NCBI GenBank assembly: GCA_963842525.1 | Contig: CAWJGT010000001.1 | Span: 726,215-790,214, forward strand | Length of the DNA: 64,000 nucleotides | Source of the DNA: an uncultured Holophagales bacterium | Lineage (GTDB): Bacteria > Acidobacteriota > Thermoanaerobaculia > Multivoradales > UBA5704 | Reading direction: 5' to 3' | In this document: positions 32,476 to 43,690 of the stretch, piece after piece | Position numbering within the stretch: position 1 is the first letter of the stretch | Layout of the letters: each line of letters begins with the position of its first letter | Notes under the pieces: generated by a model | The model's database searches: none | What the model was told of the DNA's origin: nothing | Seen by the model: the letters and a program-made list of their open reading frames with translations, nothing else | Position numbers and translations under genes: made by a program

Positions 32476-35451
32476 CTAGCGCACACCGGCCAGAGAAGCT
32501 TTCCAAGCGCTCAGTGCATCAACGTCCTCAGGCAGCGGAGCGTCCAGGAATTCGAAGTGGCGGCCGTCGAGGAACGAGGCATAGAGCATCCGCGGGTCGA
32601 GGCGGCCCGATTCGTCGCGCAGGTTCGAGCGGTTGCGCAGGACGGTGATCCGCGGCGGGAACAACTCCGTTGCGGCCAGGTCGGGGATGCCTTCGCCGGT
32701 GAAGTCCGCCGCGACGAGCCCTCGGGGGCCGGCTCCGAGCGCGGCGGTGGCGTCGCGGGTGAGCCCTCCGTTGCCGTCGTTGCGGTAGATCTCGACCCGG
32801 TAGGGGGCATTCGAGTTGGTGACGGCCAGGTCGAGGTCCCGGTCGCCATCGAGATCAGCCAGGGCCAGATCGGCGGGGAAGTTCCCGGCCTGCAAGACCC
32901 GCGGGCTGCCGAGCTGCCCCAGTCCATTGTTGAGGACGACTGCGATCGAGTCTCCGTTGCCGCTGCTGACGATCACGTCGGGCGCTCCGTTGCGGTCCAG
33001 GTCGCCGACGGCAAGGGAGGTCAGGATCTGTCCGCCCAGGCCCGCCGGGACCGTGATGGCTGGAAGGAAGCCCAGGCCGTTGCCGCGCAGCACCGAAATG
33101 TTGCTGGACAGGGCATTCGCGACCACGAGGTCCGGCTTGCCGTCCAGGTTCACGTCGGCGATTGCGACATCGATCGGGTTTGAGCCGGCGGTATGCGCCC
33201 TTATGCTGAAGCCTCCTCTGCCGTTGTTGCTCAGGACGGCGACATTGTTCGAACGGTGGGTTGAGGTTGGCCGCCGCCAGATCGATATCGCCGTCGCCGT
33301 CGAGATCGCCGGCGGCGAGGGCCACCGGACCGCCCAGGCCGGTGAGATGGCTGGCGGCGACATCGAAGGCTCCCGTGCCGCGGTTGCGCAGGATCGCCAC
33401 GGAACCGCTGGTGCTCCGGCAGACGGCCAGATCGACGTCGCCGTCGCCGTCGAAATCCCCGGCCGCCAGGCACGCGGGCCGGCCCGTTACGCCGGGACCG
33501 GAGCCCTGTGGAAAGACGCCGTCACCGCGATTGGTGAAGATCCGCACCGAGTCGGAATTGTTCAAGGCCGCGGCCAGGTCGACGTCGCCGTCGCCGTCGA
33601 AATCGGCTGCCTCCAGGGCGACCGGCGGGCTGCCGGTCAGCACGGTTGCCGGGGACAGGTCCAGGGTGACCGGGCCGCCGGTCAAGGGATCGTCGGCGGC
33701 GACGCTGAACAGCAGCGCAAGCCCCTCGCGGCCGGCCTTCGGGTCCGGCAGGCGGACGAATTCGAAGGCATCCACGTCCGTACCGGGCTGCAGGCCGAGA
33801 TGTGCCGCCGGCTCGATGAGCTTCTGCAGGCCGCCCTGGGGAGGCGAGAGGTAGATGGCGCCCGGGTCGAGCCGCTGTCCCGTCGCCGGCTCGCGGAAGG
33901 CCGCCTCGTGATCCGCTGAGAAATACCAATGGTTGCAGGTCCCTGTAGCAGGCAGCACGTCCAGGGAGTCGGCATCGTCATCGCGGCTTTCACCGCTGTC
34001 CGGGTTGGGCCCCAGGCTCACGTGCAGCCCCGCTTCGTCGGTCACCGGATAGATCAGGTACAGCGGCGCCGGCGTGAACGACCCCAGGTTGAGGCCGACG
34101 ACCTCGTCGTCGCCGGGGCTCGTCCCGAAGCGTGTGCCGAGCAGGGGGGACAGGCCGGAAGCCGGCACGCTGCCCGGCGGGCCGGCGTAGTGCCCGGCGG
34201 GATCGTCGTCGAACGAGACCAGCAGGAAATTGGGCCGATGGAGGCATGGAACCCCGCTGGCCGGGAGCGAAGGCAGGCCCGGGCCGAAAGTGCCGGGCTG
34301 GAGCGGCACGCCGAGGTTGTCGTGGCCGTCGAGGTCGAAGAACGCAGGGGTCACGGCATCGCCTTGCCCGCGGCCGACCGGCGCCGCCGAGAGTTTCCGG
34401 TGCCATCGGGAGCCCGCGGAGAGGGATCCACACCGAAAGCCCGTTGGTCATCCTTGATCCCATCGGCGCCGCCGAACGGCAGGGGCGGCCCGATCCACCG
34501 GTAGACGTCGCCCGGATCAAAGCGCTCGTTGCCGTTGCGGGCCGGATCGCTGATCTCGGAGTCCGAGCCGGTATCGAGCGAGAATTCCAGGAAGCCATCG
34601 GTCAGAGCCCCGACAGGGAAGGGATCCGGAAGCGCCTCCACCCTGAAGCGGATCCGGCCGCTGAAGCCGGCAGACGAGTGATCCTGGTTTTTACAACCCG
34701 GGCAGCGGTAGTCATAGCCCGGGGAATCGATCGTCGCGCCGGCCTCGGAGCCGACATCGAGGGTGATCACGTCGATCCCGGCGCGGACCACCACCAGGCC
34801 GATCTGGTTGACGAGGCGGTTCCAGCCGCTCAGGCCCGGCGGGTCGGCGATCTCGAATCGGCCCGTGAGCTTCTCGGCCCCGTTGATGGAGAGCCGGCTC
34901 TTCCGGGCCAGTACAGGGTCCTCGAGGACGTCCTCGTGCTCCGTGGAAGCTCCGGCAAACTGTTCCCAGAAGTAGAAGACGCGCACCCTTGTACCTCGTG
35001 GTACGCCTCCGACCAGCAACCTCAAGCGGGAGCTCAGATTCGAGTAGGCTGCCGTTTCTTTAAAGCCTGCCTCATCGTCACAGAATGTGCTCGCCTGATT
35101 CTCCCAGTCGATTTGCACCTGCCGGGTATTGACGCCATCGACGAACATGGCGCCGTTGAAGCTCCCCGAGCAGAATGCCGGAGGCAAGCCCGCGCGGTTC
35201 CGTCTCTCATGGAGCGCTCCGGCGGCGCAGGTCGCGGCCAGGTCCCTGCCGTATAACGCGGCGAGGAAAGGACTGAAGGCCAACGACCTGCACGTCTCTT
35301 CGACGGGGCCTCCGCCCGGGGTGTTCGCCCATGCTTCCGCCTCGGCATCATAAGTGAGGCTCGAGCCCACGACTACCAGCACCTGAGCCTCGAGGGCCGG
35401 CGCGGCGGCGAGCGCACATAAAACTGCGAGGGTCGGCAGTGCTTTTTGCAT
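32476..35451 (-). pseudogene. Secreted FG-GAP/VCBS-repeat protein (~990 aa) interrupted by two frameshifts (~33240 and ~34370)
   Basis: Signal peptide 'MQKALPTLAVLCALAAAPALEAQ'. Repeated 'DFDGDGDVDLAV', 'DLDGDRDLDLAVTN', 'VLRNRG'. Three consecutive ORF frames join into one protein. Confidence 0.6.
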
Positions 35452-35954
35452 GAATCCCTCCCCAATGCACCTTTTTTTATAAAGGTATGCGCCGGAGAGG
35501 GGTTGTTTCTGCGCCCTCCGCGGCTGTTTCAACACAGTTGCGACTTAGGTTTCGGACTGGCACGGCTTCGACTGGGCGAGCGCGCGACCATCAGCTTCCC
35601 CCTTCCCTGTTTTGCGGATCGCTTACCTAGGAGTGAAGAAACTGAGGAAAACATTTCGCAGAAGCGGCCCCGGGGGCCGCGAGCATCTCCGTGATCTGCA
35701 ACTCAGCTCACGTCAGACCTCCCTTCATGCCGCACTGTCAGCCACTTCGTCAGGGTTGGGGCGGGCTCGCTCCGGGGGCCACCCCGAGCTTGTTGGATGT
35801 CGTCAGCCCAGACTGCGCTAGAGAGCGGCCACCACGACCGGCTGGCCCCACTCCGGCGTTTGCGACACTTTCAGGTGCAGCACGAGCCGCGAGGCGGGCA
35901 GCCCGCCGCGAGTAGCTCGCGCTGTGCCGCCGGTCCGGATTAGTAGTGGTAGCG

Positions 35955-36175
35955 GAGCTGAGCAAGGAGAACGGAGTCGTCTTGGATTTTGTAGACAATC
36001 CTATGCATCGTCGTTGATGCGGCGCGACCAGTAGCCCTGAAAGGCGTGCTTCAGAGGCTCTGGCTTTCCAATACCGCTGAACGGGTCGCGCTGGATCTCG
36101 CGAATGAGGTGATTGATCCTGGCAACCAACCTGCGGTCGGTCTCCTGCCAGCGCGTTCAGTCTGTCAAGGAGTGT
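35955..36175 (-). pseudogene. yoeB: 5'-truncated yoeB toxin remnant (duplicate of 37745..37999)
   Basis: ~270 bp at 35905-36175 are ~90 % identical to 37700-37970. No start codon is present; it would encode '...[45 protein letters not shown]...'. Confidence 0.65.
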
Positions 36176-36280
36176 GGGCGTCTCATCCTATGCGGGAGAG
36201 GAGGGGGACGCGGGCGGAGCGATCGAGGGCATGCTATTCTGTCTTACCGAAGGCTTACGCCGGAAGGAGCGGAGTCAACC

Positions 36281-36568
36281 ATGAGCGAAGGAGAGGGCAG
36301 ACAGTTCTCGGATCGGACGTATTCGGTCCGGCTCTCGACCAAGGGCAAGCTCGTGGTTCCCAAAGAGGTCCGGCTGCGCCACGGGTGGAGCGAGGGGGTC
36401 GAGCTCGTCCTGGAAGATGAAGGGGATAGGGTCTTGGTGCGTTCGGCCCGGCGGCTTCCAGAGACCACCCTGGAAGACCTCGTCGGTTGCGCTGGCTATC
36501 GAGGGCCCGCAAAGACCCTGGAGGAGATGGAGGCCGCGATCGCACGGGGAGCCCGGGAACGCCGGTGA
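36281..36568 (+). CDS. AbrB/MazE/VapB-type antitoxin
   Basis: 'RTYSVRLSTKGKLVVPKEVRLRHGWSEGVELVLEDEGDRVLV', a looped-hinge-helix pattern. Confidence 0.6.
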   Translation: MSEGEGRQFSDRTYSVRLSTKGKLVVPKEVRLRHGWSEGVELVLEDEGDRVLVRSARRLPETTLEDLVGCAGYRGPAKTLEEMEAAIARGARERR

Positions 36569-36885
36569 TCGCGCTCGACGCCAACAACCTGGTCCGGGTG
36601 TTCACGGCGGATGATCCGGATCAGCTCGCCGTCGCGCTGGAGACGATGAGAACCCAAAACCTCTGGGTCTGCAAGACCGTTCTCCTCGAGACCGAGTGGG
36701 TCCTCCGCTACAGTTATGAGCGGCGGGAGAAGTGCCGGGAGAAGTGCCAGCCGAACATCCAGGGCTCTCCAGTGTCGCAATTCGGCGCTGGGCTCGGCAA
36801 CATCACTCCAGATCCTGATACCGTGCATCCGGCAGGCGGACGTGCCCCGCTCTGTCAATCGACGGTGGCGAACCCCTGGGCTTGA
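36565..36885 (+). pseudogene. PIN-domain (VapC-like) toxin, apparently disrupted after ~55 residues
   Basis: GTG start overlapping the antitoxin stop. 'VIALDANNLVRVFTADDPDQLAVALETMRTQNLWVCKTVLLETEWVLRYSY', then Gly/Pro-rich sequence that does not look PIN-like. Confidence 0.45.
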
Positions 36886-37268
36886 AGAAAGGCTTCGAGG
36901 GCGGCGACGAAGCGCTCTGCGGAGGCCACCGCCCGCTCCGCATCCTCGGCGCTGATGGCCGGGAAGATCGAATAGTCGCCGTTCTCCCGCTCATCTTTGA
37001 GCTCACGGAGGATCGACGCCAGCTCTTCGGGAAGCCGCCCGGTTTTGACGAACCTGAGGCCGAAGAGGCTCTTGAGCCCTTCGTGGCTGCGCGGCTCGTC
37101 ACCTTCGACGAGAAGCACTGCTTCGGCAGCATGGAAGACGGCGTAGTACGCGGGCGAGACAGCATCGGCCGGATATCCTGCGGCGAGCACATGCTTCGCT
37201 ACTGCCAGCTTGTCCCGCGCCCTGGCGAAGGCTGCCTTTAGGCGCTCTGCGATCTCGTCGGTGGCCAT
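36855..37268 (-). CDS. HEPN-domain protein (partner of the nucleotidyltransferase upstream)
   Basis: 'PAYYAVFHAAEAVLLVEGDEPRSHEGLKSLFGLRFVKTG'. Confidence 0.55.
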   Translation of the reverse strand: MATDEIAERLKAAFARARDKLAVAKHVLAAGYPADAVSPAYYAVFHAAEAVLLVEGDEPRSHEGLKSLFGLRFVKTGRLPEELASILRELKDERENGDYSIFPAISAEDAERAVASAERFVAALEAFLQAQGFATVD

Positions 37269-37590
37269 AGCACCCTCTCGTCGCGCACGTAGTTGCGCCA
37301 GAACGGCAGGGAGGATCGCCGGAGCCGCTCGAAACGCTCCCGATCCACGATCTTTGTCGAAAGGTCGACGTTGTGTTCGAGCTCGAGCGTGGTCGCCAGC
37401 CGATGGATCGCGTCTCGCGCCTCACCCGAGGCGCTGCGCAGCACCACCATGAGGTCGTAGTCCGATCGCCAGCGCGCCTCGCCGCGGGCCCGGCTCCCGA
37501 AAAGCGCCACCTGCACGGGCTCGTCCCCAGCCGCTCAGCCAGCGCCTCGGCGAGCTCACGGGCAACATCGAAGGCTATCGCAGTACGCAT
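37238..37590 (-). pseudogene. Minimal nucleotidyltransferase (MNT) antitoxin with a 1-nt frameshift near 37520
   Basis: 'MRTAIAFDVARELAEALAERLG' in one frame, then 'DEPVQVALFGSRARGEARWRSDYDLMVVL' in the next. Confidence 0.5.
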
Positions 37591-37744
37591 CACGGGCACT
37601 AGTCTACCGGACCCCCCAGAGGTGTGCCAACCGTTCCCCAGCCGGCGCCCTTCTTGCCGGACAAGACCGAGCACACCTACGGCTGGTGCCGGGGCCGGGA
37701 TGAGCTTGCTTCGCCGACGGCTCGCGCTGTGCCACCGGTCCGGA

Positions 37745-37999
37745 TTAGTAGTGATAACGGAGTTGAGCAATGAGAACTGCGTCGTCTTGGATTTTGTAGA
37801 CAATCCTGTGCTCGTCGTTGATGCGGCGCGACCAGTAGCCCTGAAAGGCGTGTTTCAGAGGCTCTGGCTTTCCGATACCGCTGAACGGGTCGCGCTGGAT
37901 CTCTCGAATGAGATGATTGATTCTGGCAACCAACCTGCGGTCGGTCTCCTGCCAATACAAGTAGTCCTCCCAAGCCCGCTCCGAGAAAATGAGCTTCAC
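37745..37999 (-). CDS. yoeB: YoeB/Txe-family toxin
   Basis: '[84 protein letters not shown]'. Confidence 0.85.
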   Translation of the reverse strand: MKLIFSERAWEDYLYWQETDRRLVARINHLIREIQRDPFSGIGKPEPLKHAFQGYWSRRINDEHRIVYKIQDDAVLIAQLRYHY

Positions 38000-38247
38000 T
38001 CGGCGAGGTCTCGTTCGGTGCCGCCACCACGTTCAAGCTCGGCGATCGCTTCAATCAAACGCCTTGCGTTCTTCGGGCTGCGCAGGAGATAAGCGGTCTC
38101 TTCGAGAGACTTGTAATCCTCAAGCGAGAGCATCACCACAGAGTTTTCGCCACTCCGCGTGATGATGACAGGTTCATGACTCTCGCAAACATGGTCCATG
38201 GTTTTCGCCAACTCGGCACGGGCTTTGGTGTAAGAGATCGAGTCCAT
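37996..38247 (-). CDS. yefM: YefM/Phd-family antitoxin
   Basis: '[64 protein letters not shown]'. It overlaps yoeB by 4 nt. Confidence 0.85.
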   Translation of the reverse strand: MDSISYTKARAELAKTMDHVCESHEPVIITRSGENSVVMLSLEDYKSLEETAYLLRSPKNARRLIEAIAELERGGGTERDLAE

Positions 38248-38354
38248 TGTGAGCTCCTCAAGCGTACAGGAAACTGTACAGGGGCGCGCTCAGCGTGTCA
38301 AGAAGCAGCGGCGGCGGCTTGGCTAGTTGCTGCTCGCTACTGGATAATAGAGGG

Positions 38355-38789
38355 ATGGGCAGGTCTCACCAAGCGGTTCTTGACACCCTCCGGGGGCAGC
38401 TTGAGCAGCGGCCGGAGATTCTCGAGGCCTACTGCTTCGGCTCGACGGCGCGGGGCGAGGCGGCGGCTCATAGCGATCTCGACATCGCCGTCTACGTCGA
38501 CCAAGCGCGCCTGCCGCCGGCTCCTTTCGGGTATGCCGCCGAGCTCATGGCCGGCTTGATGGCGGGGCTTGGCCTCGATGAAGCCGATGTCGTCGTCCTC
38601 AACGACGCTCCACCGTTGCTCTATCATCGGGTGCTGCGCGACGGCGAGCGGCTGCTGAGCCGCGATCTCGCCGCGACCACGACGCGCGAGGGTCGCGCCC
38701 TCTCGCGCTATTGCGATTACCTGCCGCAGCTACGCAAAATCGACCGTGAGCTTGCAAGGCGCCTGGCCGACGGCAGCTTCGGACGATGA
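38355..38789 (+). CDS. Nucleotidyltransferase (MntA-like antitoxin)
   Basis: 'AYCFGSTARGEAAAHSDLDIAVYV' (GS...DxD motif). Confidence 0.65.
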   Translation: MGRSHQAVLDTLRGQLEQRPEILEAYCFGSTARGEAAAHSDLDIAVYVDQARLPPAPFGYAAELMAGLMAGLGLDEADVVVLNDAPPLLYHRVLRDGERLLSRDLAATTTREGRALSRYCDYLPQLRKIDRELARRLADGSFGR

Positions 38790-39213
38790 CTCCCGGACGG
38801 CTCGATGCGGCTATCGTCCGGCGCCATCTGTTGGCGCTCGACGAAGCACTGCAGGTTCTCCGCAGCCACCAAGGGCGCAGTGTGGACGATTTGGTCTCCG
38901 ATCCGGAGGAGCGCTGGATTGTGGAGCGGGGGCTCCAGATTTCGCCCAGAATGCCCTTGACGTGGCGACCCACATCGCGGCCAGCACCGGCCGCGACGTT
39001 CCGGACTACGCCACCGCTATCGATCGCCTTGCCGAGATGGGTGTCCTGCCGCGCGAATTCGCCACCCGCTTTCGCGGTGTCGCGGGCTTCCGCAACGTCG
39101 TCGTTCATGGTTACCTGGATATCGACGTCGCCCTTCTGCACCGCCTGCTCAACGACCATCTCGAGGACTTCACGACGTTTGCGCGGCAAGTCGGATCGTA
39201 TCTCACCCCATGA
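38786..39213 (+). pseudogene. HepT-like HEPN toxin (DUF86) with a 1-nt frameshift near 38940
   Basis: 'MTPGRLDAAIVRRHLLALDEALQVL...ERGLQI' in one frame. 'FAQNALDVATHIAA...RFRGVAGFRNVVVHGYLDID' (Rx4HxY motif) in the next. Confidence 0.6.
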
Positions 39214-40598
39214 ACCCGAGATCCGGCGATCGCAAACCGCCCGAGGTTGGGCAGCACGAGCGGCAGGTCGCTGTCCGCCACCCCGAACCAGCGGGCGAGG
39301 GTCGCCGAGTACTCGTCCACCGAGGTCGTCGGGATCCAGCGCCCTTCGCCGGCGTCGTTCGGCCCGTTGATGGCAAGGGTGGGGATCTGGCCGTAGAAAC
39401 GGCCGCCGCGCACCGCTCCGCCGAGCACGAAGTGGTGGCTTCCCCAGCCGTGATCGGAGCCGTTGCCATTCGAAATGTATGTACGCCCGAAATCTGATGC
39501 GGTGAAGGCGGTCACCGAGTCGGCGATGCCCAGCTCGGTCATTGCGGCGTCGAAGGCGGTGAGGGCGCCGTCGAGCTCGACGAGCAGGTCGGCGTGCGCG
39601 CCGTCGAGCGCGGTCGCCCCTACCTGGCCGCCGTGCGTGTCGTAGCCCTGGGCGGCGCAGAAGAAGATCTGTCGGCGCAGCCCCAACGACTCGCGCACCG
39701 AGACGAGTTGGGCGATCATCCGGAGCTGCAGCCCGAGGTCGGTCTGCGGGAACTGGGTGGTGAACGGCGGCGCCCCGGCCAGCGCGCCGGAGAGCAGCTC
39801 CTGGTTGTCGAGCGCACGCTGGAAGATGCCGCTGTAGCCGCGCTCGAAAAGGTTTCCATAGCTGTGCCCGAGCAGGCCGCGGACGGCGTTGGAGGAAGCG
39901 TCGGCGCCCTGGTCGGCGGGGACGTAGGAGCTCAGGCCCACCGGCCCCTCCGGCGACACCTGGTACTGGGTCACGGTGTTGCCCACCTGGAAGGTGTTGG
40001 TGCCCGCCACCGAGATCGACATCGAGACGCGCGCGTTCTCGTTGAGCGCGTGCAGCAGGTCCGCGGCGCGCCCGCCCCAGCCGGTGCGCGACGGCTGGTC
40101 AGGCAGCGAGGTCTGCCAGTGCACGGTCTGGTCGCTGTGCGAGAAGAGCTGCGGCGGCACCGCCGCGCTGCGGCTCAGGAACTCCTCGCGGGTGAGCGGC
40201 GCCACCAGCGGCCCGACGTTGGCGACCAGCGCGGCCTTCCCTTGATTGAACAGGCCCCGCACTCCGGTGAGGCTCGGGTGGAAGCCCCACTCGCGCGCAT
40301 CGCCGGGCGGGGTCGCAAGCGGCGTGAGCGGCAGCAGCGCGCTCTGCGGCAGCGCCAGGGCGGCGCGCGCCGCAGCGTACTGCGCATAGTCGGAGGCAAG
40401 CGTCGGAACCAGGACGTTGTTGCCGTCGTTGCCGCCGTAGAGGAAGACGCAGACGAGGGTCTTGGAGTCGACGAGCGGCGCCGCGGCGGCGATGCGCCGC
40501 AGATCGAAAAGGGTGTTGGCCGCAGCGGTCATCCCCACCGCGGCACAGGCGGACTGGCGCAGGAACTGGCGGCGCGTCAAGCGGCGGTTCTCGGTCAT
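39111..40598 (-). CDS. DUF1501-family protein (Tat signal); a possible 3'-terminal frameshift
   Basis: 'MTENRRLTRRQFLRQSACAAVGM' twin-arginine motif. '...VLPNLGRFA'. An alternative frame gives the canonical ending '...PDLGFMG*'. Confidence 0.65.
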   Translation of the reverse strand: MTENRRLTRRQFLRQSACAAVGMTAAANTLFDLRRIAAAAPLVDSKTLVCVFLYGGNDGNNVLVPTLASDYAQYAAARAALALPQSALLPLTPLATPPGDAREWGFHPSLTGVRGLFNQGKAALVANVGPLVAPLTREEFLSRSAAVPPQLFSHSDQTVHWQTSLPDQPSRTGWGGRAADLLHALNENARVSMSISVAGTNTFQVGNTVTQYQVSPEGPVGLSSYVPADQGADASSNAVRGLLGHSYGNLFERGYSGIFQRALDNQELLSGALAGAPPFTTQFPQTDLGLQLRMIAQLVSVRESLGLRRQIFFCAAQGYDTHGGQVGATALDGAHADLLVELDGALTAFDAAMTELGIADSVTAFTASDFGRTYISNGNGSDHGWGSHHFVLGGAVRGGRFYGQIPTLAINGPNDAGEGRWIPTTSVDEYSATLARWFGVADSDLPLVLPNLGRFAIAGSRVHGVRYDPTCRANVVKSSRWSLSRRCRRATSISR

Positions 40599-40608
40599 CT
40601 TCCACCTC

Positions 40609-42955
40609 CTATTTCTGCACCACGGACTCGGGAGCCAGGCTCGCAAGCCACAAGAGGGTGAGCACGCGTTGATCGGACTGGCGCGGGAAATCGGCGTCGG
40701 CCAGGGCGCCGCGCAGGATGCCGCGCGTCGCGTCGGACATCGAGCCGGCGAAGAGCAGCAGGTCGATGCGGTCGAGCAGGGCCTCGTCGGTCGGCGCCCG
40801 CGGCGGCAGGAACGGCAACAGATCGACGGTGAAAGGTCCGTTCCGCCCTGCCGCGCCGAGCACCGCGAGTTGGAAGTTGGCGGCGCCGACGATCGTCGTC
40901 TCGGTCGTGATCTGGAATTCCGGAGAGACCAGCCCGGCCTGCGCGATCTCCCCCGGCAGCGCGAAGCTGGGCTCGAAGAAGTTGAACACCGTCGGCGCGC
41001 GCAGCGGAACCTGTCCCAGGCCGAGGCCCTGCCGGTCGAAGCGCCACCGTCCGTTGCGCGGCTCGGCGTCGAGGATACGCAGCAGCCCGACGAGCCGCAC
41101 GACAGGCTCGCGCAGGTGCCCCTCGTCCGGCCGCGCCGCGACCACCGCCGCCCGCGCCTCGTAGTCGAGCAGGATGGCGCGCAGGACCGCCTGGAGGTCG
41201 CCCCGTTCTCCGGCCCCGTTGTCGGCGAACGCCTGCCCGCAGCGGTAGACGTATGCCGGGCTGGGATTGCTGGTCACCAGCCGCTGGATCAGGAAGCGGC
41301 AGAAGAAGGGCCCGACGTTGTCGTGGTTGACGATGACGTCGAGCGCCTGCTCGAGGTCCGCCCGCGCGCTCTGCCCCGCCGGCAGGACGGCGCCGTCGAG
41401 CAGCCGCTTCTCGTCGGTGGCGTGATACACCGCCCAGGATTCCATCGGGATTCGATAATTACGCTGCGGACGGAAGAAGCGCTGCGGCTGGCGCTGGTCC
41501 TGGCCGCCGAACGTCCAGCCGGTGAAGGCGCGGGCGAAGGCCTCCACCACGTCCTGGTCGTAGGTCGGGATCGGCTGGTTGTCGGCATCCAGGTGCAGCG
41601 TGCCGTCGGGGTGGAGCTCGTAAAGGCCGATCGAGAAGAGCTGCAGGATCTCGCGAGCATAGTTCTCGTTGGGGTTGCGCCCGAGCTCGGGGAGCGTCTT
41701 GCTGCTTCCCGCCATGTCGAGGTAGACCCCCATCGTGGGGCTGAGCGTCGCCGCCTCGAGCAGCTCGCGGAAGCTGCCGAACGCGTGCCCCGCCAGCAGG
41801 TCGAGATACCCCGCCAGGCCGTCCGGACCGTTGCGCACGTCGGCGTCCTGGTCGGAGACGACGAACAGCTCGGAAAGCGCGAAGGCGACGCGCTGGCGGA
41901 GCTGGTCAGGCCCCTGGACGGCCTGGCTGTAGAAAGACTCCCGCACCAGCCCGGGCGTGGGCTCCTCGCGCTGCGCCGCCAGGAGGTCGTAGGCCGCGAG
42001 GTGGGAGGCCGCGGGCAGCGCGAGCTGCTCGTCGAGCCAGCGGTTGAAACCTTTCTGTTGCAGGGCCTCGACCTCGCCGGGCCGCGGCCCGTAGGTTGCC
42101 TGAAGGAGGAAGCGGGCCGCGTCCTCCTGGCTGGGAAGCCCCCCTGGGAGCGCCGGCGGCGGAGGCGGTGGCGTGAAGGTCTGGCTGCCGTTCGACTGGC
42201 GGAAAAACCCCTTGATCTCACCCGCCGGATAGGCTCCGGTATGGAGGTTGAGGTAGCACTCGCCGCCCCGCAGCGCGGCGAGGATCTCCGCCGTGTCGAA
42301 GGTGCCGGCCGACTGGATGCGCCAGACCCGCGATCCGTCGGCCTGCGGCGGCGTCGTGTCGATGTCGAAGAGGATCGTCCCGTCGGAGGCGTGGATGTGC
42401 TGGCTGGTGATCGGGCCGGTAAGAGCTGGAGAAAGAGAAACGCAGCACCGCGGCCTTCTGGTCCTTCGTCAGGGTCAGGGTCGAGGAGCCGGAGCCTCCG
42501 CTCGACGCGCCGCTCTGCGGAGTGAGCGTGGCGAGGAAGAGCGTGCCCCCGGTCTCGGAAGGCGGAGGCGGCGGCGCGCTGAGCTTGTAGACCCCCCTCG
42601 TGATGCCGCTCGTCTTGAGGCCTTTTTTATAGGAAATCGCCTTGAGCGTCGTCTTGGCGGTGAGCTGGACCGGGCCCGTGTAGACCGGGCTCGTCTTGCG
42701 CGACGGGTTGGAGCCGTCGGTCGTGTAGTAGATCTTGGCGCCGGCCGTGGCCGTGGTGATCGTGACCGCGAGCGGCGCCGTGTACGTCCCCGCCTTGGGA
42801 GAGAAGACCGGCGCCGCGGCCGTCCCCTGGGCCGCAGCGGCCACGAGGTCCGGGGGGCCATGGTGAGGGTGGGCGTCCTGCGCCAGCACCGGCATCGCCA
42901 ACCAGAGTAGACCCGCTCCTATCGCCCCGATTGCCAGCATCGCGCCGTTTCGCAT
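40609..42955 (-). CDS. Secreted fusion protein: chitobiase/Hex-C-like domain, CHRD domain and DUF1800 (partner of DUF1501); one frameshift near 42415
   Basis: Signal peptide 'MRNGAMLAIGAIGAGLLWLAMPVLAQ'. 'PVFSPKAGTYTAPLAVTITTATAGAKIYYTTDGSNPS'. CHRD 'HIHASDGTILFDID...CYLNLHTGAYPAGEIKGFF'. DUF1800 region 'DAARFLLQATYGPRPGEVEAL...'. Confidence 0.6.
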
Positions 42956-43239
42956 GGTGCGCCTCCGATCTCGCTGCACCGATCCGGGTGCCCGCTGGCC
43001 GGTGAAACCACTGAAGCGGCGGTTTCCTGCGGCCAGGGCTCTCGGATCACTGCCGAGCGTTTGGTGATCCCGCTCTGCGCGCACAGCAACCGCGATGCCA
43101 GGTGCGAAAGCCGACGGTAAGAGGCGGAAAACAAAGGGCTTGCCGGTGACCCTACGGACGCAAGCCGACTCATCTTCGACGTTTTCGTCGAGGAGCGGCG
43201 ACGAGACTGTCGAAAAGAGCGAGTCGTCGGCGCCGCCGG

Positions 43240-43302
43240 GCCCTCACCTCCCCGGCCCTCCTCTCCCAGCCTCACACCCGCCCTTCCGGGAGAGGAGGGA
43301 GA
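43240..43302. repeat. Left arm of a 65-bp near-perfect inverted repeat that brackets the DUF559 gene
   Basis: 'ccctcacctccccggccctcctctcccagcctcacacccgcccttccgggagaggagggag' is the reverse complement of 43691-43758, with 1-2 mismatches. Confidence 0.85.
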
Positions 43303-43310
43303 TCGGATCA

Positions 43311-43673
43311 TCAAGGGTTGCGTTGTTCGAGTCGTTGATGGATTTTTTCGAGAACGGAGTCGAGGTTTTCCAGGACCTCTTCATTCGTGAAGCGTAGGAC
43401 CTTGTAGCCCAGGGCGACCAGATTGACGTCCCGGTTCTCGTCGTGGATCTTCTGCCGACGGTCCTCATGTATCCCACCGTCGAGCTCCAGCACGAGCATC
43501 CGATCGTGGCAAAAGAAGTCCGCAATATATTGTCCGATCGGCACTTGACGGCGGAATTTCAGGCCGAGGAACTGCCGATCGCGCAGCTTCTCCCAGAGCA
43601 CTTCTTCGGCCAACGTGGATGCCCGGCGAAGACGCTTGGCGCGGACGAGGGCTCCGGGACCCGAAACAGGCAT
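43311..43673 (-). CDS. DUF559 (Vsr-like endonuclease fold) protein
   Basis: 'MPVSGPGALVRAKRLRRASTLAEEVLWEKLRDRQFLGLKFRRQVPIGQYIADFFCHDRMLVLELDGGIHED'. Confidence 0.75.
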   Translation of the reverse strand: MPVSGPGALVRAKRLRRASTLAEEVLWEKLRDRQFLGLKFRRQVPIGQYIADFFCHDRMLVLELDGGIHEDRRQKIHDENRDVNLVALGYKVLRFTNEEVLENLDSVLEKIHQRLEQRNP

Positions 43674-43690
43674 GACGGGATCATAGAACT

